Counted from the first letter of the stretch, positions 18,067-27,481 are shown. The stretch: DNA of 64,000 bases from Pyrinomonadaceae bacterium (GCA_046313635.1 JBKBYA010000005.1:157483-221482); one strand, 5' to 3'. Numbers and translations are program-made. Notes: generated by a model not told the origin, from the letters alone.

Positions 18067-19461
18067 GTTTTGTTCGACGATGTGATACGGGATGCGCTCG
18101 ACAAAGAATCGCGAAAGCACCGACAGGCCCGCGGAAGCGACAAAGGCGACGCCTGAAACGGCCCACCCGATATTCGCGATGAGATGATCGCCGACCGCGA
18201 TGCCGAAGGCGATCACGGGCAGGCCCCAGAGCCCGAGCCGGAAAGAGGCCCGCGAAGCGCGCGTAAGCGAATTGAGCAGGTTCAGCCTGCCGATCTCGAC
18301 ATCCATATACTCATCGCTCTCGTGCAGACGGGCAAGATACTCGGCCTCCTCGGCCGACCATCGCCGCAGGCGCGGGTGATCGGCGCTCCTGCTCGCGGCG
18401 CTGAAATTGAGCACCGCGTGCGCGAGTCTGCCCTGATAGAGCGCGATCTCGCCGAGGCCCTTAAGGGCACGAAAGCTGGTCTCGACCAGAGAAAGTACTT
18501 TGTTGTAAGTCTGTGCGGCTCGTTCGGGATCACCGGCACGAAAGTACGTGTCGGCGAGATCCTCGAGCAGGCGCGGCTCGTTCATTGCCCGGCGTTCGGC
18601 GAGCCGCAGCATCGCCATCGAGCGACGCCGCAGCCGCTTGTCATTGGTCGCGGCCGAGAGCTCCTCGAGGCAGCGGCCAAAGTCGAGCAGCAGACGCGCG
18701 TCGTACGGGTCGATCCTCAAAGCCCTTCGAAAGGCTTCGGCTGCCTGAACGAACCGACCGGCGATGCGTAGTCTGTTGCCTGCCGTCCGCAGACTTGACG
18801 CCTTTGCCGACGACTCGATGCCCGGCGCCTGATCGGGGCGATGCGCACGGCCCGTCCAGTTTCGGCTCGTGCGGTCCGGGTTGAGCGAACCCTCAAGGAT
18901 CTCGGTCGACGGTATCTCGGCATTCGCCGCGACGGCTTCGACCTCGACACGCTCGCAGAGGTAATCCCTCAACTCGACAGATCGACCGTCGAGGATCGCT
19001 TCCGGCAGCCGGACGAGTATCGAACGGATCATTTCGATATGGCCCCGCACCGATGTGTCGAGAGCGATCTCAAGCCCGCGCCCCCTGAAAACGACCCGTT
19101 GATGAAAACTGTAATTGCCGCCCCGCTTGATCGTCCGTCGGACGTAAGATTCAACGACGTCTACCGATCTTAGCCCGATGCCCTGCGGCAGGCCGAACAG
19201 CATGCTCCGAACGCGCCAATAGACGCCCCGGCGGATGATCCGGCGGCCGTCAAAGACGATGAGGTCCCGAAGCCCGGCTATGATCACCGCAGCGGCGAGC
19301 AATATCAGGACGGACGGGACAAACGCGCTCAAGCCGGCATACAGCGCCAGCAGTGCGAAAAAGAGGATCAAGAGAGCGGCCCAGACATACGATTCGGCGG
19401 GCGACCTCACCACGGCCTTCGTTCCCTTTGCCCCAGATCTCGATCCGCTCATGTCCGCCAT
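18061..19461 (-). CDS. Membrane protein with TPR repeats (2 TM, soluble domain, TPRs, 2 TM)
   Basis: Hydrophobic pairs at both ends; TPR-like segments (AAEAFRRALRIDPYDAR, LADTYFRAGDPERAAQTYNKVL). Confidence 0.75.
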   Translation of the reverse strand: MADMSGSRSGAKGTKAVVRSPAESYVWAALLILFFALLALYAGLSAFVPSVLILLAAAVIIAGLRDLIVFDGRRIIRRGVYWRVRSMLFGLPQGIGLRSVDVVESYVRRTIKRGGNYSFHQRVVFRGRGLEIALDTSVRGHIEMIRSILVRLPEAILDGRSVELRDYLCERVEVEAVAANAEIPSTEILEGSLNPDRTSRNWTGRAHRPDQAPGIESSAKASSLRTAGNRLRIAGRFVQAAEAFRRALRIDPYDARLLLDFGRCLEELSAATNDKRLRRRSMAMLRLAERRAMNEPRLLEDLADTYFRAGDPERAAQTYNKVLSLVETSFRALKGLGEIALYQGRLAHAVLNFSAASRSADHPRLRRWSAEEAEYLARLHESDEYMDVEIGRLNLLNSLTRASRASFRLGLWGLPVIAFGIAVGDHLIANIGWAVSGVAFVASAGLSVLSRFFVERIPYHIVEQNK

Positions 19462-19469
19462 AGGATCAC

Positions 19470-19518
19470 GACCCCGATCGGCCGCCGTCTGTACTCTTTC
19501 AGACGACCGATCGGGGTC
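19470..19518. other. Intergenic inverted repeat (hairpin, no U-tract)
   Basis: GACCCCGATCGG…CCGATCGGGGTC, ending 8 nt before ATG 19461 on the minus strand. Confidence 0.6.
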
Positions 19519-19542
19519 TGTTCTTCAATTTGATATTTCGAG

Positions 19543-20388
19543 CTAACCGCCGAAAGGGCTGACCGGCGCGGGTTCCTGTATCTGGCCTGCCCGCTGCGGG
19601 TCGAGCTTTTCAAGTTTTTCCTTTGCCGACCTCGCCGTCTCGGTCATCGGTACGGGCTTGCCCTCGGAGTCTTTAGCTTCGCTGGCGGTCTTTGCGATGC
19701 TGAAATAGATGTCGGCCGCCTCCTGAGTCTTGCCCTGCTTTTCGTATATGCCGGCGAGTTCAAAATCGACAGTTTCTTTCGGGATCACGGGGGCGCTCAC
19801 GGCCGATAGTTCCTGATAGTACTTAATTGCCTCTTCAAACTTCCCGTCGCCGGCGTATGCCTGCGCAAGAGCATATTTCGAGAGATCGCCGACCGGGCCG
19901 CCCGACCCCTTGAGGGCTTCGAGTTCCGCGATGCCGGCGGGCCGGTCGATCAAAAGCCTGGTGACGGCGGCGAAGTACCTGGCCTTTTCGCCGACGCTGC
20001 CGCCAAACTTCTCTGCAACCGACTGAAATTCGGCTATCGCGGCCTCGGCCCGTTCGCGCTCGGACTTAAAGACCTTTTCGGTCGAGCCCGCCGGCGCTCC
20101 GGCCTCCGAGATCCGGGCCCGCGACGTCTCGATCGCCTTGCCGAGCGCGGTCTGAGCGGTCGCATTCGAACGCTTGTTCCATAAACCGACGACACCGATC
20201 AGCACGGCGACAACGGCCAAGGCAGCCAGACCGTACAAGATCGTCCTGCCCTTGCCCTCAAGAGCCTTTGACGCGCCCTCGATGCGGCGGCTGACGGTCT
20301 GTTGAAAACGGTCCTCGTAGCGAACTGCCTCTTTGGGTTTGCCGGCGTCGGCCTCGACGGGCTGAAATCTTCGTTTTTTGGTTGCCAT
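19543..20388 (-). CDS. Single-pass TPR protein, YfgM-like
   Basis: Basic N-terminus, one TM helix, helical TPR ectodomain (LAQAYAGDGKFEEAIKYY, LAGIYEKQGKTQEAADIY). Confidence 0.7.
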   Translation of the reverse strand: MATKKRRFQPVEADAGKPKEAVRYEDRFQQTVSRRIEGASKALEGKGRTILYGLAALAVVAVLIGVVGLWNKRSNATAQTALGKAIETSRARISEAGAPAGSTEKVFKSERERAEAAIAEFQSVAEKFGGSVGEKARYFAAVTRLLIDRPAGIAELEALKGSGGPVGDLSKYALAQAYAGDGKFEEAIKYYQELSAVSAPVIPKETVDFELAGIYEKQGKTQEAADIYFSIAKTASEAKDSEGKPVPMTETARSAKEKLEKLDPQRAGQIQEPAPVSPFGG

Positions 20389-20538
20389 TATTGAAATAAC
20401 TGCAAAGCAGGAATGAACCGCGTTATATAATTGCCCGAGAGGGCCGCCGTTCAAAAGTGTTAATTTAACCGATACGCGACGAGATGAGCAAACGGTTCGG
20501 GGCAAAAAGGGCGGCGGAAAATATTTACTTCACCGGCG

Positions 20539-20566
20539 GGAACAAATAGGGGTCGGCAGGTTTCAA
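20539..20566 (+). promoter_or_regulatory. Possible autoregulatory ECF promoter
   Basis: GGAAC-N16-GTTTCAA, about 70 nt upstream of the ECF sigma start. Confidence 0.35.
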
Positions 20567-20637
20567 TATTTGCGTCCGCCGGGCCGACGCGGACGCTCTG
20601 GCTCACAAGCCGCCGCGAGAGTAGCAGGGACAAACGA

Positions 20638-21291
20638 ATGCTGTTCGGCAAATCATTGGCGATCGATGACAACGAGCTCGAGCACGTCGCGTCCGCGGCG
20701 AGGCAGGCGTCGGCACGGAGTTTTGCCGAGGTCGAGTTCATTGAAAGATTGCGGTCCGGCGAGGCGGAGGCATTCGACGAGCTCGTCACACGCTACTCGA
20801 ACGACATCTTTGCCCTGCTGTGCAGGATGACGGGCGACCCTGACGAGGCAAAAGACCTGACTCAGGACACCTTTGTAAGGGCGCTGAGAGCGATCGGCGG
20901 ATTTCGCGGCGAATCGGGTTTGAAAACATGGCTATTCCGGATCGCGGTCAACGAGTCCCGCAACCGGTTTCGCTGGTGGAAGCGGCGGCGGCGCGGGCAG
21001 ACCGTCTCGCTCGACCAGCCGATCGGTGAGAGCGAGGCTTTGATCCACGACACTATCGCCGGCGGGGGAGCAAGTCCTGAGGACGAGGCCCTCCGCCGCG
21101 AACGCGAGGCCCTGCTGCAGCGAGCTCTGCTCGCGCTGCCGGACGCGTACCGCGAGACGGTGATACTTTTTGACATTCATGGGCTGAGCTATGAGCAGAT
21201 CAGCCAGACGCTCGAGATCAGTATGGGCACCGTGAAATCGCGCATCGCCCGGGGCCGCGAAGAGCTCCGCAGGAAGCTCAAGGGCTATTGA
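20638..21291 (+). CDS. ECF sigma-70 factor
   Basis: Region 2 (AKDLTQDTFVRA, FRGESGLKTWLFRIAVN) and region 4 (LSYEQISQTLEISMGTVKSRIARGR). Confidence 0.93.
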   Translation: MLFGKSLAIDDNELEHVASAARQASARSFAEVEFIERLRSGEAEAFDELVTRYSNDIFALLCRMTGDPDEAKDLTQDTFVRALRAIGGFRGESGLKTWLFRIAVNESRNRFRWWKRRRRGQTVSLDQPIGESEALIHDTIAGGGASPEDEALRREREALLQRALLALPDAYRETVILFDIHGLSYEQISQTLEISMGTVKSRIARGREELRRKLKGY

Positions 21292-21298
21292 AAAACTA

Positions 21299-21463
21299 AC
21301 GGACGGCTGTCTCGCCCCGGTTACTTTGAATATCTCCGGTGCCAAGCGAGAGGTCAAAGGAGGCGACGGCCAGACGCGTCGTGCGAGAGATATCTCGCAG
21401 ACCGCATCGGCCTGAGCATGTTTTCCGAGACCGGGAAACGACCGGGGTCAGAGAGCCGTTCGT
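21299..21463 (+). ncRNA. Candidate structured RNA (four-way junction) between sigma and anti-sigma
   Basis: Manual fold: closing stem 21299-21321/21441-21463 enclosing hairpins 21324-21359, 21368-21412 and 21420-21439. Confidence 0.55.
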
Positions 21464-21498
21464 CCCGCAGGTGCCGGCGAGGCCCGGCGCTGAATACT

Positions 21499-22314
21499 AT
21501 GAGATGTGAAGAACTACAACTGAACCTCGCGCTTTACGACGATGATGAAGCCTTGTCCGAGGTCGAGCGCCGCCAGTTGGACGAGCATCTTCATTCATGT
21601 CCGGTCTGCCGGATGAAGCTCGCCGATACACGCGACGTGCTCCGCGATCTTCGCACGCTGCAGCGCCCTGCCTTGTCTTACGATCGGCTGGAGCAGATCC
21701 GCGTCGCCGTCGCAGCCGAGACCGGAGGTTCGAGCGTTACGGGCGGCACGCCGGCGTCGGCCGGCGGCAGCTGGACGCAGAGGTGGCTGATGCCCCTCAC
21801 GGTCGGCGGGTTTGCATCGCTGCTGATGGCGACGCTCTTGGTGAATGCCCTGTACATCAGCGGCGTGCGGCGGATAGCCTTATCGAGCGGCGGCAGTTCG
21901 ATCGATTATGTCGAAACGGCGACCAATACGATGCCCGGCTCGACGTACGCGGCAATATCCCCGTCCGAGTATGTGCGAACGCGAATGGACGTCTCCAGCG
22001 AATCGCCGAGCGTCAATCCTAACGGAGCGCTCATCGCCCTCACCCGCTCGCTGATGCGCGGCGAAATGCGCGACGACGAGGTCGTCGTGGTCGCCGAGGT
22101 TTTTGGCAACGGGCTGGCGAGGATCGACGAGATCGTCGAGCCGTCGCACGATCGCCGCGCCGTCCGCGAGCTTCAAAAGGCGCTGCAGTCCGACCCGGCC
22201 TTTGCGCCCTTTGTACCGGCGCAGCTCGACGGCCGCTCCGATTCGGTCAAGGTCATCCTCAAGCTGCAGACCGTTGACGTAAAGACCCGGGGTCCGCGAA
22301 ACCGCAAGCTCTAG
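21499..22314 (+). CDS. Zinc-binding (ZAS/zf-HC2) membrane anti-sigma factor with a TonB-C-like periplasmic domain
   Basis: MRCEE…HLHSCPVC (HxxxCxxC), one TM helix, C-terminal VVVVAEVFGNG…FVPAQLDGR; follows the ECF gene. Confidence 0.85.
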   Translation: MRCEELQLNLALYDDDEALSEVERRQLDEHLHSCPVCRMKLADTRDVLRDLRTLQRPALSYDRLEQIRVAVAAETGGSSVTGGTPASAGGSWTQRWLMPLTVGGFASLLMATLLVNALYISGVRRIALSSGGSSIDYVETATNTMPGSTYAAISPSEYVRTRMDVSSESPSVNPNGALIALTRSLMRGEMRDDEVVVVAEVFGNGLARIDEIVEPSHDRRAVRELQKALQSDPAFAPFVPAQLDGRSDSVKVILKLQTVDVKTRGPRNRKL

Positions 22315-22345
22315 CCGCCGGCGGCGAGCTTTAATCCAACCTTGC

Positions 22346-22378
22346 TTTGCCCGCGAATATCAAATGTTCGCGGGCAAA
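22346..22378 (+). terminator. Hairpin/terminator after the anti-sigma gene
   Basis: TTTGCCCGCGAATAT-CAA-ATGTTCGCGGGCAAA followed by TTCTT; ends 5 nt before the next ATG. Confidence 0.6.
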
Positions 22379-22383
22379 TTCTT

Positions 22384-23577
22384 ATGCATCTCAATCTCGA
22401 TCTTCAGTCGATCTGGAACGCCTTCAGCGGCGGAGCGGCCGCGGCCTTCGACGCTCTTGCCGACCTCATCCATGGCGACCCCGAAAACCTCAGGGACGGG
22501 ACGGAATTCGATCCGGTGAAGCTGCCGCGAGACCTCGCGGCCCATTCCGGCGTGCAGACGGAATGGTGGTACTACACGGGCCATCTATCCTCGGCGAGCG
22601 GCAGGCGATTTGGGTTTGAGCTCGTCTTTTTCAAGCGCCGGACCGATCTCGACCGGTTCGCCGTGGTTCCTCTGCGTCTGCTCGGCAATCCGATCCATTT
22701 CGCGCATTTCGCCGTCACAGACCTCGACCGGGGCACATTCAAGTACGCGCACCGCAAGAGTTCGAACGGCCGGCTCGAGTCGCCCGCCGCAGCATCCGAG
22801 GAACATCTTTATCTAAGCCTCGGAGATTGGAGCGTTCGCGAGTCGCGGGGGTCGCATCTGCTGCGCGCATCGCTCGAAGGCTGCGTTCTCGAGCTGACGC
22901 TCACGCCAGCCAAGCCGGTCGTGCTCAACGGGCGAAACGGCGTCTCCTTCAAGGACGAGGGGCAGGCGAGCCGATACTTCAGCTACACGAGAATGATCGC
23001 CGAGGGCGACATCCTGGTCGGCGGCCGAGTCGAGCGAGTCGGCGGCTCGGCGTGGATGGACCGCGAGTTCGGCACATGGGAGCCGACCGAGAATCAGAAG
23101 GGCTGGGATTGGTTCTCGATCCAGATGGACGACGACACCGAGCTGATGTGCTATCAGCTCCGGCGAGCGGACGGCAGTGTTTCGAGCTATTCAAGCGGCA
23201 GCTTTGTCGACCGCGACGGGCAGGTGACTCCGCTCGTTCACAGAGACTTTTCGATCACGCCGCTCGGCACTTGGACGAGTCCTCGTTCCGGTGCGAGCTA
23301 CCCGAGCCGCTGGCGGGTCGCGGTACCGAAACTCGGCCTCGAGCTCGACATCGAACCGGTGCTCGCCGATCAGGAACTCGACACACGCGGCACGACTATG
23401 ATCGTCTATTGGGAAGGTGCATGCGTCGTCGGCGGGAACAGAGGCGGCAAGCCGGTCGGCGGACGCGCGTATGTCGAGCTCGTCGGCTACGACCGCTCGC
23501 ACGAGCAGCCGAATCTCGCATACTTTTTGATGGGCGACCGGGTCGACCTCGTCCGGCGGATCATCGGCACAAAATAG
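22384..23577 (+). CDS. AttH/CrtC-like lipocalin-fold protein (carotenoid 1,2-hydratase-like)
   Basis: EWWYYTGHL, FAHFAVTD, WMDREF, GWDWFSIQ, YPSRW, YWEG, YVELVGY. Confidence 0.82.
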   Translation: MHLNLDLQSIWNAFSGGAAAAFDALADLIHGDPENLRDGTEFDPVKLPRDLAAHSGVQTEWWYYTGHLSSASGRRFGFELVFFKRRTDLDRFAVVPLRLLGNPIHFAHFAVTDLDRGTFKYAHRKSSNGRLESPAAASEEHLYLSLGDWSVRESRGSHLLRASLEGCVLELTLTPAKPVVLNGRNGVSFKDEGQASRYFSYTRMIAEGDILVGGRVERVGGSAWMDREFGTWEPTENQKGWDWFSIQMDDDTELMCYQLRRADGSVSSYSSGSFVDRDGQVTPLVHRDFSITPLGTWTSPRSGASYPSRWRVAVPKLGLELDIEPVLADQELDTRGTTMIVYWEGACVVGGNRGGKPVGGRAYVELVGYDRSHEQPNLAYFLMGDRVDLVRRIIGTK

Positions 23578-23612
23578 AAACGGCGCCGAGAGATCCACAT
23601 CCGGCGCCGCTT
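23578..23612. terminator. Possible terminator between convergent genes
   Basis: CGGCGCCG…CGGCGCCG stem with short A/T flanks. Confidence 0.4.
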
Positions 23613-23633
23613 CATTCATTTCCGCAGATCGTT

Positions 23634-25112
23634 TTAGAGCTTATCTATCTCCGCCTTTAATTTTGCCGCGAGCGCGGGGTCGAGCGTCAAAAGGCTGTTG
23701 TACTGCTCGAGTGCGGCGGCTTTGTTCCTCTTGACGGTCTGGACGATACCGAGATTGAATCTCGCTCTTGCGAAAGCAGGGTTAAGCTCGATCACTCGAG
23801 TGTACGACCCGATCGCCTTGTCCAGCTGATCGTCCGCATAATAAGCGTTAACGAACAGAGAGACCGCGTCGATCGAATCTGGGCTTTCCTGCACCATCTT
23901 TTCCATCCCCTCGACTGTGCGGTCGAATGCCCGCGCCGCCTCGGCGGCACGGCCGGCGCCCTTGTAGGCGCGGCCGAGATAGAAGTTGGTCTCGCCGTCG
24001 CCCGGCTTGAGCCTCAACGCCGAATTGCACTCGGCTATCGCCATTAGAAACTTACCCTGATCGTTATACGCGCGGCACAGGTTTGTATAGGCCATCGGCA
24101 GGTCGGGAGCGAGCTGAATGCCGGCCTTCGCCGCGGCGACCGCGTCGTCAGTGCGGTTTTCGAGGCTGTAAAAAAAGCTCGCGTCGGTGTACAGCTCGCC
24201 GGCCACGCGCCGCAGTCTCGCGACCTCGTCCTTTGAATTAGGATCGGACGCCAGCTCGCCGATCCTCTTATTGACCTCTGAGATCGCCCGCCGCGTCGAG
24301 GCCAGCGCTTCCGTCACTTTGCCCTGCGAACGGTAGATCTCTGATATCTCGCGATAGAGCTCGTACGAGGCCGGCCTCGCCGTGATCGCACGCTGGTAAG
24401 CCTCGATCGCCTCGTCATACCGCTTCATTCGCCGCAGACCGTCGGCGACGATGGCATAGGCCTCGGCGGCGTTTGCCGAACCGTTCGAGACGGCATTTCG
24501 CGCGGCTTCGACCGACTCGGGCCAGCGCCCGGCCTTGCGATGGATCTGGGCGATCTTAAAGTAGATCTCGCCCCGATTCACAGCATTGGGCAGGACGCGC
24601 TGGTAGACGTCCAGCGCGCCGGCGTGATCGCCGCGGGCAAACAGTACATCGCCGAGGGCGAGCTGAAGGTCGCGGTTGGTCGGCGAGATCGTCAGGCCGC
24701 TCCGGACGTCTGCCAGTGCCGCTTCGTAATTCCCCTTCTGCAGATGAATATTCCAACGGAAGAGATACACGTCGAGCGGCCTCTTAAAACCCTTTTGCAG
24801 CGCCGCGTCAAACTCGGCCAGCGCTTCGTCGGCCTGCTTGAGATAGGCGTGGGCCGCGCCTTTCCAAAAATGGGTTTCCGCGTTCTGCGGATCGGCCTGC
24901 AGCGAGAGAGCGTAGCCCTCGATCGCCGCCTGGTAATTCTTCAGCCGGAAATTGCGGTCCGCCGACTCTCTCAGGTCGCGGGCCCGCCGCTGGTCGCGGC
25001 GATCCTGGCCGTCAGACACGCCGGTGCAAAGCATCATCAGCACGACGATGGCGACGGCGGCAAACGCTCTGTGAATTTTCCTTGTTCTCATAACAAGCAG
25101 ATCTGAGGTCAC
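23634..25112 (-). CDS. Exported tetratricopeptide repeat protein
   Basis: Signal-like N-terminus and a long run of TPRs. The GTG start overlaps the kinase stop (GTGA); alternative ATG at 25091. Confidence 0.88.
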   Translation of the reverse strand: MTSDLLVMRTRKIHRAFAAVAIVVLMMLCTGVSDGQDRRDQRRARDLRESADRNFRLKNYQAAIEGYALSLQADPQNAETHFWKGAAHAYLKQADEALAEFDAALQKGFKRPLDVYLFRWNIHLQKGNYEAALADVRSGLTISPTNRDLQLALGDVLFARGDHAGALDVYQRVLPNAVNRGEIYFKIAQIHRKAGRWPESVEAARNAVSNGSANAAEAYAIVADGLRRMKRYDEAIEAYQRAITARPASYELYREISEIYRSQGKVTEALASTRRAISEVNKRIGELASDPNSKDEVARLRRVAGELYTDASFFYSLENRTDDAVAAAKAGIQLAPDLPMAYTNLCRAYNDQGKFLMAIAECNSALRLKPGDGETNFYLGRAYKGAGRAAEAARAFDRTVEGMEKMVQESPDSIDAVSLFVNAYYADDQLDKAIGSYTRVIELNPAFARARFNLGIVQTVKRNKAAALEQYNSLLTLDPALAAKLKAEIDKL

Positions 25113-26920
25113 TGCACAATGTCGGGCCGGCTGGTCACCGGCTTGGGTTTGCCCGCGGGTTTCGATGCGGGAGTTCCCGGCCTGGCAGCGGTACTTCGAC
25201 GCGGCGTCGCGGCGCTGGCCGGGCTTTCGACATTTGCGTCTGCGTCGGTCGCGGCCGTCTCCCCCGCAGCGTCTGTCGACGTGTTGGCGGGAACGCTATT
25301 TGACGGCACGAGGGTTTCGACGACCGGCGGCGTCTCGGTGTTTGCGTTCTCTCCGGTCGCTGCCGCATCGGAGGGCGGCGGTATGACCGCCTCGATCGTC
25401 GGCATCGGTGTGGGCTCGGGCGGCGCAGTTGCGGCTGAATTCAGGTTCCGGTAGACATACCAGCCGGCCACGCCCGCGGCCGCCGAGACTACCAAAAGGA
25501 TCCCGATAATACCGATGGCAAGCGGCGCACGCGAACGCTTTTGCGTCGCCTTTGCTCGTCCCTGCGCGGGGGTCGGCGGTTCGGCTTCGTTTACACGCGT
25601 GACCGGCGCCGCAGGCGCGGGAGGCACGCTCTCCGCCGGTGCGGCGCCGTACAGGTCCGTCGCCGCCGGAGCGGTCTCAAGCCGCGCCGCGGGCGGGGCC
25701 GTGCCGACTGCGCCCCCGGCGGCGAGGCCGACCGGGTGCGCGGCGGCTTGCGGGTCCACGATGTCCGCAAGCGGGATCTGGCCAGCCTGATATACCTCGG
25801 TCTTTATATCCGACTGCCGTATCGGACTCTCCGCGACCGGCTCGGTATAACGGATCGTCGCGTCAAACTCAGGAGACGGAGGAGCCGGGTCTGGGATCGT
25901 CACGGGACGCGGCGAATCTCCGCCCCGTATCCTTGTCGCCTCTTCGCCGGACATCGAAACATGCGACGACGCTCCGCTGACGCCGCGCGACGGCTCGGCT
26001 GCGACCGGGCGAAGGTCGGCCGAGCTCAACGACGCGACCTCTTTTGGCGCGGCGGCTTCACCGGCCTGTGTGTAGGCCTTTCGAAGCGCCCGCTGCATCT
26101 CTTTCGCGTTGGCAAAGCGCCTCTCCTGGCTCACCTCCATTCCGTGCAGGATCACCTCTGAGACGGCGGTGGAGACCTCCGGATTGAGTACGTCGATCGG
26201 CACGATCGGATCCTGACTGCCGTTCAGCAGTGCGTCGGCACGCGTCAACGCGTCCGGCGGAACTACATTCGTCAACAGCTGATAGAGCGTTGCCGAAAGC
26301 GAGTAAAGGTCGCTTCTAGGGCTCGTGCCGGTACCCCGGATCTGTTCCATCGGCGCGTAATGCGGCGTGTAGCCGACCACGCTGCCCGTCGAGCCCGAGC
26401 TGCTGCCGGACGAAACACGCGACTGTCCGGTCGAGTTCTTTGCCAGCCCGAAGTCGAGCAGAACGATGTGATTCTCGTCCGTCAGCTTCAGATTTTGAGG
26501 CTTGATGTCGCGATGGATGATCGGCGGCTCGTGCGAGTGCAGATATGCAAGAGCGTCCAGAAGCTGGTCGGCCCAGTAGAGCACCCAGTTTACGGGAAAC
26601 GGCTTCTGCGCGGCCTCGAGGCGCTTGCAGAGGTCGTCGCCGGCGATGTGCTCCATCACAAGGTACTGCTCGCCGCCCTCGAGAAAGTGGTCGCTGACCT
26701 TCGGCAGCACCGGATGACGCAGCCTCGCGAGCGTGCGGGCCTCTCGCTCAAAGGCCCCGCCGAGCATCTCGTCGTCGGCAAAAAAAGTGCGCTTGAGCGC
26801 CACGGCGCTCCCGAGCCGCTGGTCGACGGCAAGATAGACCTCGCCCATCCCGCCCTTCCCGATCAGGTGGACAATAAGGTACCTATTTTGGATCAGCGAA
26901 TTCGGAGCTAGAGATTTCAT
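25109..26920 (-). CDS. Hanks-type membrane Ser/Thr protein kinase
   Basis: IGKGGMGEVY, VALK, HRDIKPQN, DFG, YAPMEQ, SDLYSL; Pro/Ala linker, TM helix, disordered ectodomain. Confidence 0.93.
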   Translation of the reverse strand: MKSLAPNSLIQNRYLIVHLIGKGGMGEVYLAVDQRLGSAVALKRTFFADDEMLGGAFEREARTLARLRHPVLPKVSDHFLEGGEQYLVMEHIAGDDLCKRLEAAQKPFPVNWVLYWADQLLDALAYLHSHEPPIIHRDIKPQNLKLTDENHIVLLDFGLAKNSTGQSRVSSGSSSGSTGSVVGYTPHYAPMEQIRGTGTSPRSDLYSLSATLYQLLTNVVPPDALTRADALLNGSQDPIVPIDVLNPEVSTAVSEVILHGMEVSQERRFANAKEMQRALRKAYTQAGEAAAPKEVASLSSADLRPVAAEPSRGVSGASSHVSMSGEEATRIRGGDSPRPVTIPDPAPPSPEFDATIRYTEPVAESPIRQSDIKTEVYQAGQIPLADIVDPQAAAHPVGLAAGGAVGTAPPAARLETAPAATDLYGAAPAESVPPAPAAPVTRVNEAEPPTPAQGRAKATQKRSRAPLAIGIIGILLVVSAAAGVAGWYVYRNLNSAATAPPEPTPMPTIEAVIPPPSDAAATGENANTETPPVVETLVPSNSVPANTSTDAAGETAATDADANVESPASAATPRRSTAARPGTPASKPAGKPKPVTSRPDIVQ

Positions 26921-27001
26921 TATTTTTTGTTCCTTGGGAGAGCGCCGCGTGATTATTCTCGATTAAATGAGATGAAACATCAACACCTGCGGGATGTCGT
27001 G

Positions 27002-27481
27002 TCAGCGAGCGGGAGTCCGAGGGTTTTCGGCCGCCGGGCGGCCCACGTGCTGCCAACAGCGATCGCCGCGATTCTTGACGCGGCGTGTACACGGCGTGTT
27101 CTTTTTGGTCGTCGCGCCGCAGTAATAGACCGCTTTATCCTGAGGCATGGCAGCCGCAGGTGGGACGGTGACCGCAGCGGCAGCCGGCGGATCGCTCTGA
27201 GGCGCTGCCGCGGCGGGCCGCGGATCGGGCCGGTCGGCGAGCCGGGCGCTTACGGCGTGAGCGTTAGCCGGCGGGCTGCCGGAGGGCGGCGTTCTAAGGT
27301 AACTTGCGATACCGAGCAGCCCGAGAAAGGCGATGACCGAAACGGCGAGTTTAGGCGCGGCGTCAAAGATCCAGTAATCGGTCTCGCACAGCTCGCAGAA
27401 GCGTTTTGCCGACCAGATCGGCCAATGAATGCGTTCGATCTTTTCGCCGCAGTTGCAGCAGAAGTTTGGGGTATAACGCAT
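27002..27481 (-). CDS. Small membrane protein with an N-terminal zinc ribbon and a C-terminal Cys/His domain (DUF5763-like)
   Basis: CCNC…CELC, TM helix, Pro/Ala linker, CGATTKKNTPC…RCWQH. Confidence 0.75.
   Translation of the reverse strand: MRYTPNFCCNCGEKIERIHWPIWSAKRFCELCETDYWIFDAAPKLAVSVIAFLGLLGIASYLRTPPSGSPPANAHAVSARLADRPDPRPAAAAPQSDPPAAAAVTVPPAAAMPQDKAVYYCGATTKKNTPCTRRVKNRGDRCWQHVGRPAAENPRTPAR

Noticed and set aside
20469..20498. ECF promoter for the YfgM-like gene (CCGAAC…CGTAT on the minus strand)
   Set aside because: The spacing is 18 nt rather than the 17 nt seen at the other sites, so it is too weak to call.
21412..21439. Hammerhead-ribozyme-like words CUGAG…GAAAC in the sigma/anti-sigma RNA
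   Set aside because: The core reads CUGAGCA rather than CUGANGA, and the required stems do not form.
21299..21463. 6S RNA or MITE identity for the intergenic structure
   Set aside because: The fold is multibranched rather than a rod with a central bubble, and there is no target-site duplication or second copy in the window. Not fully excluded without a search.
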